A stretch of 64,000 nucleotides of DNA, from assembly GCA_963713045.1 (NCBI GenBank), contig CAVQKE010000004.1, forward strand, positions 192,001 through 256,000, read 5' to 3'. The notes beneath the pieces are model-generated. The model ran no database searches and was not told the origin of the DNA. It saw only the letters and a list, made by a program, of their open reading frames with translations. How positions within the stretch are numbered: position 1 is the first letter of the stretch; each line of letters begins with the position of its first letter. Below are positions 10,366 through 20,361 of the stretch, one piece after another. Source of the DNA: an uncultured delta proteobacterium (GTDB lineage Bacteria; Myxococcota; Myxococcia; Myxococcales; Myxococcaceae). The position numbers were made by a program, and so were the translations under genes.

Positions 10366-11562
10366 GTGACGTCGAAGGCTAGGACTGGGGCTCGGGCGAA
10401 AAAGCGTCCGGTGAAGACCCCACCCAAGAAACCCCCCAGGAAAGTTGGACTCTTGAAGAGCGCCACGCGCAAGGTGGCGACCGCTGTCGCCCGTTTGAGG
10501 GCTGCAGCGGTTGCGAAGCCGGCTGTCGCAGCGGTCCGGAATGCAGCGCCCGGCGTCCCAAGCCGGCTACCGGAGCGGCAGCGGCCGCGGGCCACCAAGT
10601 TGCCGCCGGTCGGCGAGTCCTTAACCCGGCGCGAGATGGAGCAGATTCTCACCGCCGCGGCTGGCCGGGGTGTCACCGGCGAAGGAAGCCTCAAGGGCCG
10701 TCTGGTGGTGAAGGACGGGCTGCCCTGTCTTCATGTGGTGGGCCGGGACAAGCGAGAGCTTGCCTTCCTTCTGCAGGGGCCGGACCAGGAGGTGCTTCCG
10801 GCCTACGTCGACCACAAGGTCAGCGTGACGGGCCTCATCCGGAAGACGCACAACTACGGCGGGACGGTGGATGTCCGTAAGTACTCGGCGAAGAAGCCGG
10901 AGGCAGAAGGAGTTGAGCCGGCGCCGGCCCCATTGAAGCTGAGCTACCTGTCCCCCGGGGAATTGGAGCAGGTGTCCAACCCGGGGATGGGGGCTGGCAT
11001 GCGAGGCTTTGCCACGCTGCGCGGTGCCCTGGAGATGACGGGTGACGCCTTTGTGCTGGTGGTGTCCAACGGCGGCACGCGACAGCAGGTGTCTTTCCTA
11101 CTTGAAGGGAAGTTGGGCAAGTCCCTCCGGAAGTCCATCGGGCACCAGGTGCAGGTCTCGGGCGTGATGGACAAGACGTCCGGTTGGGGAGGGCGGGTGG
11201 CGGTGGAAGTCGTGGAGCTGCGACCGCATGAGTTGCGCAGCGTCTCCCGTGACAACTTGGACGTCCTTGAAGTCAACGTCAGTGAGGTGGACGGGCCCTT
11301 GGAAGTGCGGATGAACAATGGCCTCAGCGTCACCCTGCCCGAGCGCAGCGGACATATGTGGGCCATCGAGCCCACCGTTGCCAAGCGGGTAGGCTTGCGG
11401 GAGGCTATTTTTCATCCCACGCAAAGCGGGCCTGGAGTGCGTGAGTTCTTCTTCACCCCACGCAACCCAGGGGTGTTTGACGTCGACTTCTTTCTGGCCA
11501 AAGCGTTCGCACCCGCGCAAGTCCACAAGACGGTCCGCGTCACTGTCTCGGTGAAGGCCTGA
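10366..11562 (+). CDS. Hypothetical protein: basic N-terminal tail, two repeated beta-rich domains, C-terminal Ig-like domain
   Basis: 398 aa ORF with AGGAGG RBS and coding-like codon use; internal repeat visible. Confidence 0.75.
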   Translation: MTSKARTGARAKKRPVKTPPKKPPRKVGLLKSATRKVATAVARLRAAAVAKPAVAAVRNAAPGVPSRLPERQRPRATKLPPVGESLTRREMEQILTAAAGRGVTGEGSLKGRLVVKDGLPCLHVVGRDKRELAFLLQGPDQEVLPAYVDHKVSVTGLIRKTHNYGGTVDVRKYSAKKPEAEGVEPAPAPLKLSYLSPGELEQVSNPGMGAGMRGFATLRGALEMTGDAFVLVVSNGGTRQQVSFLLEGKLGKSLRKSIGHQVQVSGVMDKTSGWGGRVAVEVVELRPHELRSVSRDNLDVLEVNVSEVDGPLEVRMNNGLSVTLPERSGHMWAIEPTVAKRVGLREAIFHPTQSGPGVREFFFTPRNPGVFDVDFFLAKAFAPAQVHKTVRVTVSVKA

Positions 11563-11579
11563 CTTCCGGCGCCGCGCGC

Positions 11580-13966
11580 ATGCCGCTGAAACCCGCAGTG
11601 CTACTCAAGGCGCTTGGGGCTGCCGGCCACCCGCTTGGGCTGCAGGACCTCCTGCGGCGCTCGGGGCTGCCGCCCGACAAACGTGCTGCGGCCGAGCGCG
11701 CCCTGGCGGAGTTGGTGCGGGCCGGCAGCGTGCGTCGGGACGGCAAGCGTTTCGCGATGGCCAAGTCCGCGCAGCCAGCGCCAAGTGGGGCGGACCGCCG
11801 ACCGGCACCCGCCGCGACACGCACCGGACGCGCCGGCGGCTTGGTGCGCGAGGGGCGCCTTCAGGTGAACGAGCGTGGCTTCGGCTTCGTCGATGTCGGC
11901 GAAGACGAGGACTTCTTCGTTCCGCCCCCGGAAGCGGCCAAGGCCCTGGACGGCGACCGGGTGCGCATCCGCGTGCACCGGCGCGGCGGCCGCACCGAGG
12001 CCGAAGTCCTGGACATTCTGGAACGCCAGCGCTCGGAGCTGGTCGGCACCTACCAGCTGCAAGGGGATGGAGCCGTCGTTCGCCCACACGAAAGCTCCGT
12101 GGGCGGCGTGGTGCGGGTGCCGCGGACACAACTGGCCCAGGACGGCGACGTGGTGCGCGTGCGATTGGCGCCCCCGGACGGCGCACAGCCCCTCCGGGGC
12201 GAGGTGATGGGTTCGCTCGGTCGCCCCGGAAACCCCTCCCAGGATGTGCTGGCCCTGGTGGTGGCGCGTGGCTTCAGCGACCATTTCCCAGGGCCAGTCA
12301 TGGACGAGGCGGCCCGCGTTGAGGGGCGCGTCTCGGAGGCCGAAGCGCGCGGGGAGAACCGTCGAGACCTCCGGGGCTTGGACCTGGTCACCATCGACGG
12401 CGCGGATGCCCGCGACTTCGACGACGCGGTGTGGGCGGAGTCGCTTCCAGGAGGCGGCGTCCGGCTGGTGGTGGCCATCGCCGACGTCAGCCACTACGTG
12501 AAGCCTGGGAGCGCCCTCGACGCCGAGGCGCTGCACCGCGGGACCAGCGTCTATTTGCCGGACCGCGTGTTGCCCATGCTACCGGAGCGACTCTCCAACG
12601 GCATTTGTTCGCTGCGGCCAGGCGAAGACCGGCTGTGCCTGGTGGCGGACATGGAGTTTGGGACGGGGCGGTCCGCCGGCGCTCGACGCTGTACCCAGCC
12701 GTCATGCGCAGCGCCGCGCGGTGCACCTACGAGGAAGTGCAGGCTGTGCTCGACGGGCAAAGCGTGCCGGGGCGCGACGGCTTCGCTCCGCTGTTCCAGC
12801 GGCTGGCCGGGCTGGCCTCGGCGCTGCGGCGAATGCGCGAGGCACGCGGGGCGCTGGACTTCGACTTGCCGGAAACCAAGGTGGTGGTGGATGCGTCAGG
12901 TCAGCCGGTGCGGATGGAACGACGCGAGCGCAAGGAGAGCCACCGGCTGGTGGAGGAGTGCATGCTCGCGGCCAACGAGGCGGTGGCGGCATTCTTCCAA
13001 AGCCAAGGGCTGCCGTCGGTGTACCGCTTTCATGGGGAGCCGGATGAGGCGAAGCTGGAGGCCTTCGCCGAGCTGGCCCGCGCGCACGGCCTTCGCGTTC
13101 CGGGAAACCGGCGCCCGACGTCCCTGGAGTTAAACCGCTTTATTCAAGACCTCGAGGGCAAGCCGGAGCAGCGCGCCCTCAACCAAGTCCTCTTGCGCTC
13201 GATGATGCAGGCCATCTACTCCCCCGATTCTGTTGGGCACTACGGCCTCGCCGCGGACGAGTACCTGCACTTCACTTCCCCCATCCGGCGCTACCCGGAC
13301 CTCCTCGTCCACCGACTTCTGCGGGCCCACTGGCAGCGGCAGGGTCGAGGGCGCAGGGCAGCCGAGTTGGCGCAGGAGATGGATTCGCTGCGAGTGATGG
13401 CGGCTCGGGCCTCGGAGCGGGAGCGCGCCGCCATGCAGGTGGAGCGGGACGTGACGTCCTTCTACGCGGCGCTCCTGATGGAGCCACGGGTGGGGGAAAG
13501 CTTCCGCGCCACCGTTTCCGGCGTCACCGACTTCGGCGTCTTCGTCGAGCTCGACGCCGAGCATGTCGAAGGGCTGGTCCCCCGAGACGCCCTTGGGGTG
13601 CGCTCGCGCTTCGACGAGCGGCTGCACGCGCTGGTGCTGGGCGATGGGCGGCGCGTCCGGGTGGGCCAGGCTGCCACCGTCCAGCTGCGCAGCGTCAACC
13701 GCGTCCGGCGACAGCTCGACTTTAAACTCCTCGACTGGGGCGAGGGCTCGGCCGAGCACGAGGAGAAGGCCAACGCGTCTCACCCGGGCTTCGACCAGCG
13801 GCGTGCGCGGGCCGGCCGCCAGCGGGCAGGAGAGCCACTCGCCGCAGGAAGCGCCGGGCGCGGGCAGGCACACGCACCGACGTCAGGGCCGGAGGCCGGG
13901 GCAAGGCCAAGCGGAAGGGCCCAGAAGGCGGAGGCGGGCGGACGGGGGCAGCGAAGGCGGCGGTGA
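11580..13966 (+). CDS. rnr: Ribonuclease R (one frameshift near 12660-12690)
   Basis: Cold-shock GFGFV and TIDGADARDFDDAV in ORF 11580-13133; HRLVEECML, HFTSPIRRYPDL and S1 domain in ORF 12431-13966. Confidence 0.9.
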
Positions 13967-14536
13967 GCCCGTCCGGCGGGATGGACGGGCGCCCCGTCTG
14001 GGCCGCCGGCCTGGGTGCTTGCGGGGCTCGTCCTGGTCGCCGGGGGCGCAGTCGCCGGCATCGCTGCGCTGGCCCGGGAGCGCAGTCAGCAGCACCTGCG
14101 GCCGAGGCGATGCCGCCCGAAACGCGGCCCCGTGGCCGGCAGGGGAAGCCCGCAGCGAGCCGCGGGACCTGCTACTGGAGCAAGTCTGCTGGAGGCCGCC
14201 GAGCCGGCCGACGCGTCCCTTGCAGGCCTTGGACCTGCGGCGCACGCGCTCCTCGTCCGCGAGCGCTTTGAGGAAGCGGAACGCCTCGTCTCGCGGGCGC
14301 TGGCCCTTCGCCGCAGGATGCCGAGGCCACCATCCACGAATCGTCCTTCAAGGCGTCGCTGGCGAGACGGCAAGCGCTCGCACGGATTGGAGAGGTTTGC
14401 CAGCGGTCCGGCCGGCTGGGAGGCGTCGATGTTTGCAGCCGGCTTTGCACTCAGCGACGGAGACGAACCGCGGCGCTGCGCGCACTGCGGCGGTTTCGCG
14501 CCGAGGCACCACCGTCCGAGGTTCACCCCGGCGTGA
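13963..14536 (+). CDS. Possible membrane-anchored hypothetical protein (frameshifted, poorly resolved)
   Basis: Hydrophobic stretch LAGLVLVAGGAVAGIAALA and helical AHALLVRERFEEAERLVSRAL; GTG overlaps the rnr stop. Confidence 0.3.
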
Positions 14537-14643
14537 TTTCCCTTAGGGCGCAATTGCGGAACGGTGGCGCCTCGCCTCCGCATAAGGCTTCCGCAAAGAC
14601 AACCATAATTGCGGTGCGTCAATTCCAGAGCAGACGGATTTTC

Positions 14644-14670
14644 TTGACAAAAAAAAGTAATTCCTAGAAT
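14644..14670 (+). promoter_or_regulatory. Sigma70-like promoter of the respiratory block (TTGACA-N15-TAGAAT, poly-A in spacer)
   Basis: TTGACA at 14644-14649 and TAGAAT at 14665-14670 in an AT-rich intergenic stretch; GAGGAG RBS before the ATG at 14712. Confidence 0.65.
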
Positions 14671-14711
14671 GTCCCCCGGCTCGGTTTTGGGACAACGAGA
14701 GAGGAGCGACC

Positions 14712-15411
14712 ATGCGGACTTGGAGCGCGCTGGCAGTGGTCCTTTGCTCTTCCGTGGCCTTTGCCCAGTACACCGAGGCGCCTGTCACCAACGGGGCACG
14801 ATTTCGGGAAAAATTTCGTACGACGGGACGCCGCCCAAACCGGCGACCATCACCATCACCCAGGACCCGGGGACCTGTGGCTCGACCCGACTGATGGACA
14901 GACTGGACTATCGCGGCCGACGGCGCTGTGGAAAATGTCATCGTCTACCTGGTGGACATCAAGTCCGGGAAGAAGATGGACCTTCCGGCGCAGCCGATGG
15001 TGGACCAGAAGAGCTGCCACTACGAGCCCAACGTCCAAATCATCGCGAAGGATTCGACACTTCAAGTGAAGAACAGCGACCCAATTCTCCACAACATCCA
15101 CTCCTATTTGGGGACCACCACCGTCATCAATTTGGCCGAGCCGAAGCAGGGGATGGTGATTCCCAAGAAGATTACGAAAGCCGGTGGGATGACCCTCAAA
15201 TGCGACATCCACAACTTCATGCGTGGCGCAATCTTCACCGCCGACAACCCCTACGCCGTGCTCACCGGGAAGGACGGAACCTTCGAGATTAAGGACGTTC
15301 CGCCAGGGACCTATGAGATTGCCCTCTTCCACGAAGTGTTAAGCCCGAAGAGCGGAACCGTCACTGTCAAGCGCTGGCGGGAAGGCCACCTTCACCGCGA
15401 AAATTAAATAG
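14712..15411 (+). CDS. Secreted cupredoxin-like protein with carboxypeptidase-regulatory-like beta-sandwich (about 3 frameshifts)
   Basis: Signal peptide MRTWSALAVVLCSSVAFA; GTISGKI.YDG; DQKSCHYEP; NSDPILHNIH; KCDIHNFM (Cys-x2-His-x2-Met); TGKDGTFEIKDVPPGTY. Confidence 0.75.
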
Positions 15412-15440
15412 GACTGCCCCCACCGCTCCTGTCCGCCGGC

Positions 15441-16057
15441 GTTAGCACGAGCGCTCCCCGTAGCCTCCAGGGCATCGTCGCTGTCCTGGTGGGCCGTCCC
15501 CTGTTCTGGGTGCTGGCCATCGGTGTGCTTGCCGGTGGCCCTCCTCTCTGGGCTACTGCGACAGCCCCCCGACATTCCGCCGGTGCTCGGGACGTTGCCG
15601 CCGTTTAGACTCGCGGAGTCAAGCGGGAGCACTTCACACCGCTGACCCTCAACGGCCGAGCGTGGCTGCTTGGCTTCGTCGACACCGGCTGCATCGCCTG
15701 TGCCGGGCGGCTGGGGGGGCGCTGGAGCGACCCAGTACCGAATCCGCAACGCCGGGCCGTACGTGGGAATGCTGGAGGTGGCCGTGCCGCGCCGACGCCG
15801 GCCGTGGACGTGAAGGAGGACATGGCGCGGCGCCACGCCAACCCGCGTCAGTGGCACGCGCCGCGGGCCGAGACGCGCGCCGGCTGCTCGCCGAGATGGG
15901 CGCCTTGGCACCGAGCGCAAGCGCCGAAACTCGAAGCGGGTGGGGCGGTGGCCTTGGTGGACGAAGCGGACGGGTACGTGCGATGGAAGGCGTGGAAGCC
16001 CCACAGGGATGAACCGGCTCGATGTCCAAGTTGACTGTGATTCTCAACATCCATTGA
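15441..16057 (+). CDS. SCO/thioredoxin-fold membrane-anchored protein (heavily frameshifted; boundaries approximate)
   Basis: Pieced frames: GRPLFWVLAIG TM, PPVLGTLPPFRL, LNGRAWLLGFVDTGCIAC, ALVDEA(G)RV; typical oxidase-assembly context. Confidence 0.5.
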
Positions 16058-16115
16058 GGACGGGGTGCTATTTGTGAAGAGGCATTCGCCGCACTGCGTA
16101 AGACATTGCCTTTCA

Positions 16116-16136
16116 TGCATCAGCGCGACTGATGCA
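16116..16136. promoter_or_regulatory. Perfect inverted repeat TGCATCAG-N5-CTGATGCA, candidate regulator site upstream of the cytochrome-porin gene
   Basis: 8-bp arms at 16116-16123 and 16129-16136 in an AT-rich intergenic region. Confidence 0.5.
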
Positions 16137-16214
16137 AAATTTAAGGGTTGAAAAGAGACCACCAAGCGCATTTGCTGCGCCGGCCATTCATTTCGCTTCG
16201 CTGGAGGGAGCTGC

Positions 16215-17636
16215 ATGAGACGCCGAGTGACACTCGTTGCGGTCTTGGTTGCAGTGGGAGCAGTTATGGTGCCGGTGTCCGCTCAGGCCATCCCGGCCTT
16301 CGCTCGGAAATATGGCGTGGCCTGTTCGGCTTGCCACACCAACTGGCCGCGGTTGAACCGGTTCGGCATCAACTTCCGGGACAACGGGTACCGGATGAAC
16401 CGGGAACGGGACAACCCAGTGACCCAGAATGGCGCCTACTGGCCCATCGCCTTTCGGTCGACCGTCGGCTTCCAGTACAGCAACAACACGTACGTGCCGG
16501 TCGCCCCGACCGCGTCCAACCCCGACGGCCTGGCCACCACCGAGACAGGGACGTTTGGGTACCTCGGCCTGGACATTCTCACGGCCGGGACGCTCGGCGA
16601 GCAGGTTGGCTTCCTCCTCGTCGTGGAAGCCCAACTGGAAGCGGCCAACTTCAACACCAACAGCCCGCAGGGAGGCAACCTCGAATCCGCGTGGGTCGTC
16701 TTCACACGCCTCGGAGGTACGCCGTACGCGAACGTCCGGGTCGGCAAGGGCGCGCTCAATGACCTTCCGAACGACCAGCACCGCAGCTACGAGCTGACGC
16801 AGCTTTACGAAATCTACTCCTTCGAGGCCTACGGGAGTTCGGTCACCTATGCGCCCGGCTCCAACTATGGAGGCGTCGAATTCTACGGCCACAACGAGCT
16901 GGACAGCTTCCGCTACTCAGTCGCCCTACTCAATGGCAACAACAACGACGTGCCCTGGTGGTCGGGGACCATCGTCAGTAACCCCACCGTCTGGGGGCAC
17001 ATCCAGTACTTCGCGCTGACTGGCAACGACATCGTCGCCGCCATCGAGCCGGGCATCTTCGGTGCCGTCGGCTGGCAGCCTTCCAAGGGCCTCGCAGCAG
17101 CGGCCGGAACGCCCTGCGACCCCGGGACGGGCAACGGCTGCGTCTCCGGCACGGGCTACGACATGGCGGCATATTACCGGATTGGGGGTGAGCTCCATCT
17201 GCATTTTCTGAGCGCCGTCAACCCGCTGACGCTGGATATGGCGATCGAATACGGCAGCGACAGTGGCTCGCTCATCTACGGAGGTTCGGGGGTGTTGGGC
17301 CAGAACGCGGACGGGTCACCCACCCAGGACGCGCACTGGCTCGGCGGCTATGTCGAGTTGAGCTACACGCCGAACCCAGACTGGACATTTGCCTTCCTCT
17401 ACAACCGCTGCGCGATGCTTCAGCAGGGGTCGACGGACTACTCACCGGCCACTGGGAACTTCTGGAGCTATGACTTCTTGGTCCGCTACAACGTGGCTTT
17501 TTCAAGTCGCGCCGCGGTCGCGCTTCAGGCGGAGTTCAGCCAAGCGGGGACCACCCAGCTGCAAGGCACCCTGCCACCGGGCGCGGGGCCGCCGCTAGGT
17601 TCGACGGTACTCCTTGGCATCGACTTCGCGTACTAA
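16215..17636 (+). CDS. Cyc2-like fused monoheme cytochrome c / outer-membrane beta-barrel
   Basis: Intact 473 aa; signal peptide ending AQA; AIPAFARKYGVACSACHTNWPRLNRFGINFRDNGY; Tyr/Gly/Asn-rich strands; C-terminal LGIDFAY barrel signature. Confidence 0.8.
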   Translation: MRRRVTLVAVLVAVGAVMVPVSAQAIPAFARKYGVACSACHTNWPRLNRFGINFRDNGYRMNRERDNPVTQNGAYWPIAFRSTVGFQYSNNTYVPVAPTASNPDGLATTETGTFGYLGLDILTAGTLGEQVGFLLVVEAQLEAANFNTNSPQGGNLESAWVVFTRLGGTPYANVRVGKGALNDLPNDQHRSYELTQLYEIYSFEAYGSSVTYAPGSNYGGVEFYGHNELDSFRYSVALLNGNNNDVPWWSGTIVSNPTVWGHIQYFALTGNDIVAAIEPGIFGAVGWQPSKGLAAAAGTPCDPGTGNGCVSGTGYDMAAYYRIGGELHLHFLSAVNPLTLDMAIEYGSDSGSLIYGGSGVLGQNADGSPTQDAHWLGGYVELSYTPNPDWTFAFLYNRCAMLQQGSTDYSPATGNFWSYDFLVRYNVAFSSRAAVALQAEFSQAGTTQLQGTLPPGAGPPLGSTVLLGIDFAY

Positions 17637-17652
17637 CCCTGGGGCCCCCACC

Positions 17653-18444
17653 ATGACAACGCACCGTCCAATGTTCGCGGTCCTGTTCTCGCTCGTCGGT
17701 TTGGTCGTCCTTCCCTCCGTCGCCTTGGCCGACCAGGATAAGCCGGTCCCCATCGACGAGAAACTCGCGAAGAAGGGCGAGGGCGTCTTCCTCCGCTTCT
17801 GTGTCTCCTGCCATGGGCCCAACGGAGACGGCCGCGGCTACTCGGCGCAGTGGCTCGAGCCGCGTCCGCGCGACTTCACCTCCGGCGTCTTCAAATGCCG
17901 TTCGACGCCGAGTGGCACGCTTCCCACCGACGACGACTTGCTGCGGACGCTCAACGTCGGCCTGTACCACACCTACATGCCGTTCTGGGAGCTCCTCGGT
18001 GAGCCCCAGCTGAGAGCGGTCATCGAATACATCAAGACCTTCTCCCCCAAGTGGAAGGAGGAGGGGCCCGGAATCTCCATCGTCATCCCGCCCGAGCCGC
18101 CCAATGACGAGGCGTCACGCAAGCGCGGACAAGTCATTTGGAAGAACAACCAGTGCGAGAAGTGCCATGGCCCAGAAGGCAAGGGCAACGGTGCTTCGGC
18201 TCCCACCCTGCGCGACGACTGGGGTTTCCCCGACCAGCCGTTCAACTTTGCCGCCAGTGACAAGCGCAAGTGCGGAATTCACCCCTATGACTTGTACCGC
18301 ACGTTTATGACGGGAGTGAGCGGCAGCCCGATGCCGTCCTTCGGGGACAGCATCAGCCCCCAAGACGGGTGGGACCTGGTGCACTACGTGCTCAGTCTCC
18401 AGCTGCCGCCCGACAGCGAATATGACATCGCGGAGCACTTCTAG
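17653..18444 (+). CDS. Periplasmic diheme cytochrome c
   Basis: Intact; signal peptide; CVSCH and CEKCH; PRPRDFTSGVFK..STPSGTLPTDDDL; Met ligand candidates YMP and PMP. Confidence 0.88.
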   Translation: MTTHRPMFAVLFSLVGLVVLPSVALADQDKPVPIDEKLAKKGEGVFLRFCVSCHGPNGDGRGYSAQWLEPRPRDFTSGVFKCRSTPSGTLPTDDDLLRTLNVGLYHTYMPFWELLGEPQLRAVIEYIKTFSPKWKEEGPGISIVIPPEPPNDEASRKRGQVIWKNNQCEKCHGPEGKGNGASAPTLRDDWGFPDQPFNFAASDKRKCGIHPYDLYRTFMTGVSGSPMPSFGDSISPQDGWDLVHYVLSLQLPPDSEYDIAEHF

Positions 18445-19060
18445 ATGAGTGCCACGGCCCACGCAGCGCACGGACACGCTCCTGCGGTTTGGCCGCCTGA
18501 CGAGGAATTCGGAGAGGTCCGCCCGTCGAAGATGGCGATGTGGATTTTCCTCCTCTCCGACTGGCTCTCGTTCGGGGGGCTGTTGATTGGCTACAGCCTG
18601 TTCCGCGCCAACGCGGTGGTTTGGCGCCACGCGGGCGAGCCCGGCTTCGGCATTCCGGTGACGGCGGGCCTCACCTTGGTGTTGGCCGTCTCGGCCGTCG
18701 CCATGGTGCGTGCCCACGACGACGCGCTTTCAGAAAACCGACAGCGGGCCAACATGTGGCTGATCATTACCGGGGCGTCGGGCTGATGTTCCTCTTGGCC
18801 AGACCAGGAGTGGATTATCAGACCCTGTCGTGACCACGGCCTGGTTTTCGGGCAGTCGGCCTACGCCAGCACCTTCTACGCCATCACCGGCTTCCACCGC
18901 CTGCATGTGGTCGCTGGGCTCATGTACCTTCTCTTCACTCTGGCCCGGAACTCGCGTGGCGTGGTGACGGGCAACGAGAGTCGAACTCTTCGGCTTGTTC
19001 TGGCACTTCGTCGACTTCGTCTGGAATATTGTCTTCGTCCTCGTCTACCTCATTCCCTAG
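18445..19060 (+). CDS. Heme-copper oxidase subunit III-like protein (frameshifted)
   Basis: KMAMWIFLLSD; STFYAITGFH.LHV; WHFVDFVWNIVFVLVYLIP*. Confidence 0.8.
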
Positions 19061-19071
19061 TGGGGGCCACC

Positions 19072-19403
19072 GTGAGCGCAGAAGCACACTCGGTCGAGCA
19101 GTCCTCGGGGCACCACATGACTCCCACCCAGACCTGGGTGGTCCTCGGCGTGCTGGTGGTGCTCACTGGCCTCGAGGTCGCGGTGGCCATGTCCAGCGGA
19201 GGGCGCGGCGTGGTGACCGTCGCGCTCTTCGTCCTGGCCATTGCCCAGGCCTCGTACTTCGCTCTGGTGGCGATGGGGCTTGGCCAAGAGACGCGCACCA
19301 TGAAGGACTGGTTGCCATCCCGCTCATCATCGCCGGCTTCTACGCCATCATCCTCTGCTCTGATGCCGTCTGGCGGGCGGTGGGCTGGGTCGTCTCGAAA
19401 TGA
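19072..19403 (+). CDS. Cytochrome c oxidase subunit IV-like membrane protein (frameshift near 19305)
   Basis: Three TM segments; VLGVLVVLTGLEV...LAIAQA.YFAL..MGL..E pattern of prokaryotic COX4. Confidence 0.65.
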
Positions 19404-19545
19404 CCGTGCTCTGCCTTCAGCTGTTGGCCTGTCCGATGTGCGCGCGGCGCAAGCGTCCACGGTGCTGTGGCTGTTGCCCTTCATGTTTACCGTGCCGTAC
19501 GTCGTCTCGGCGGTGGTCATCCGTTTCGTCCGACGCCTGGAGTAA
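19400..19545 (+). CDS. Small CxxC membrane peptide (frameshift near 19445)
   Basis: MTVLCLQLLACPMCA... joined to TVLWLLPFMFTVPYVVSAVVIRFVRRLE*; ATGA overlap with the preceding gene. Confidence 0.5.
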
Positions 19546-19562
19546 TCCCCGAGGGGAACACG

Positions 19563-20361
19563 ATGCATTCACTCATTTGCCTCGCGATGTCGGGCCCGTT
19601 TGACGCCGTCCACATGCTTTCGGACGCCTCGGTGAACGGGTGGAAAATCGACGACATGATTAATGAGACGAGCATCTTCGTCATCATCATGCTCGTGATG
19701 GTGGTGGTGTGGATGCTCTATTCGGTGCTGATGAATGGCCCCACCCACAAGGCGGTGTACGAGACCGGCGCCGACTACAAGTCCTGGCGCTGGACGGTCC
19801 TCACCGCGGCCCTCATCTTCATCATCGTCGATGGGCTGTTGCTCTTTCACAGCACCGAATTCATGTGGGGCACCTTCTTCGACTTCAAGGGCGCCGAGGC
19901 AAAGCCCGGCGCGGTCCGCATCGAGATCAACGCCCACCAGTGGGCGTGGAACGCGCGCTACGCCGGCCCGGACGGAAAGTTCAACACCCCGGATGACATC
20001 GTCGTCCTCAACGACATTGGTCGTGCCCGGAGGGGCGCCAGTCATCTTCCAAATCACCTCGACCGACGTCATCCACAGCTTCAAAGTGCCCAACATCCGG
20101 ATGATGGTGGACGCGGTGCCCGGGACGGTGACCCGGATGTGGTTCAAGCCAAGGAGACTGGCGTCTTCGAGATTGTCTGCTCGCAGCACTGCGGCGCCAA
20201 CCACTACAAAATGCGCGGAACGCTTGACCGTGCTGCCCAGGGCCGAATACGACCGCTGGGCGCAAGTCAGCCTCCGTCAACAGCCGCTCGTGCCTTCGAC
20301 GCCCAAGGACATGGAAGCCCACTGGGGCTGGGAATGGGCCGAGCACTCGAGGGTCGAATGA
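19563..20361 (+). CDS. coxB: Heme-copper oxidase subunit II (CuA), frameshifted
   Basis: Two TM helices, AHQWAWNARY, TSTDVIHSF, DAVPG, CSQHCGANHYKM. Confidence 0.85.

Noticed and set aside
11580..13966. rnr split as programmed frameshift or pseudogene (likewise mutS2, tolC and 32567-33866)
   Set aside because: Single indels in otherwise intact genes with no clear slippery heptamer; sequencing error is the simpler explanation.
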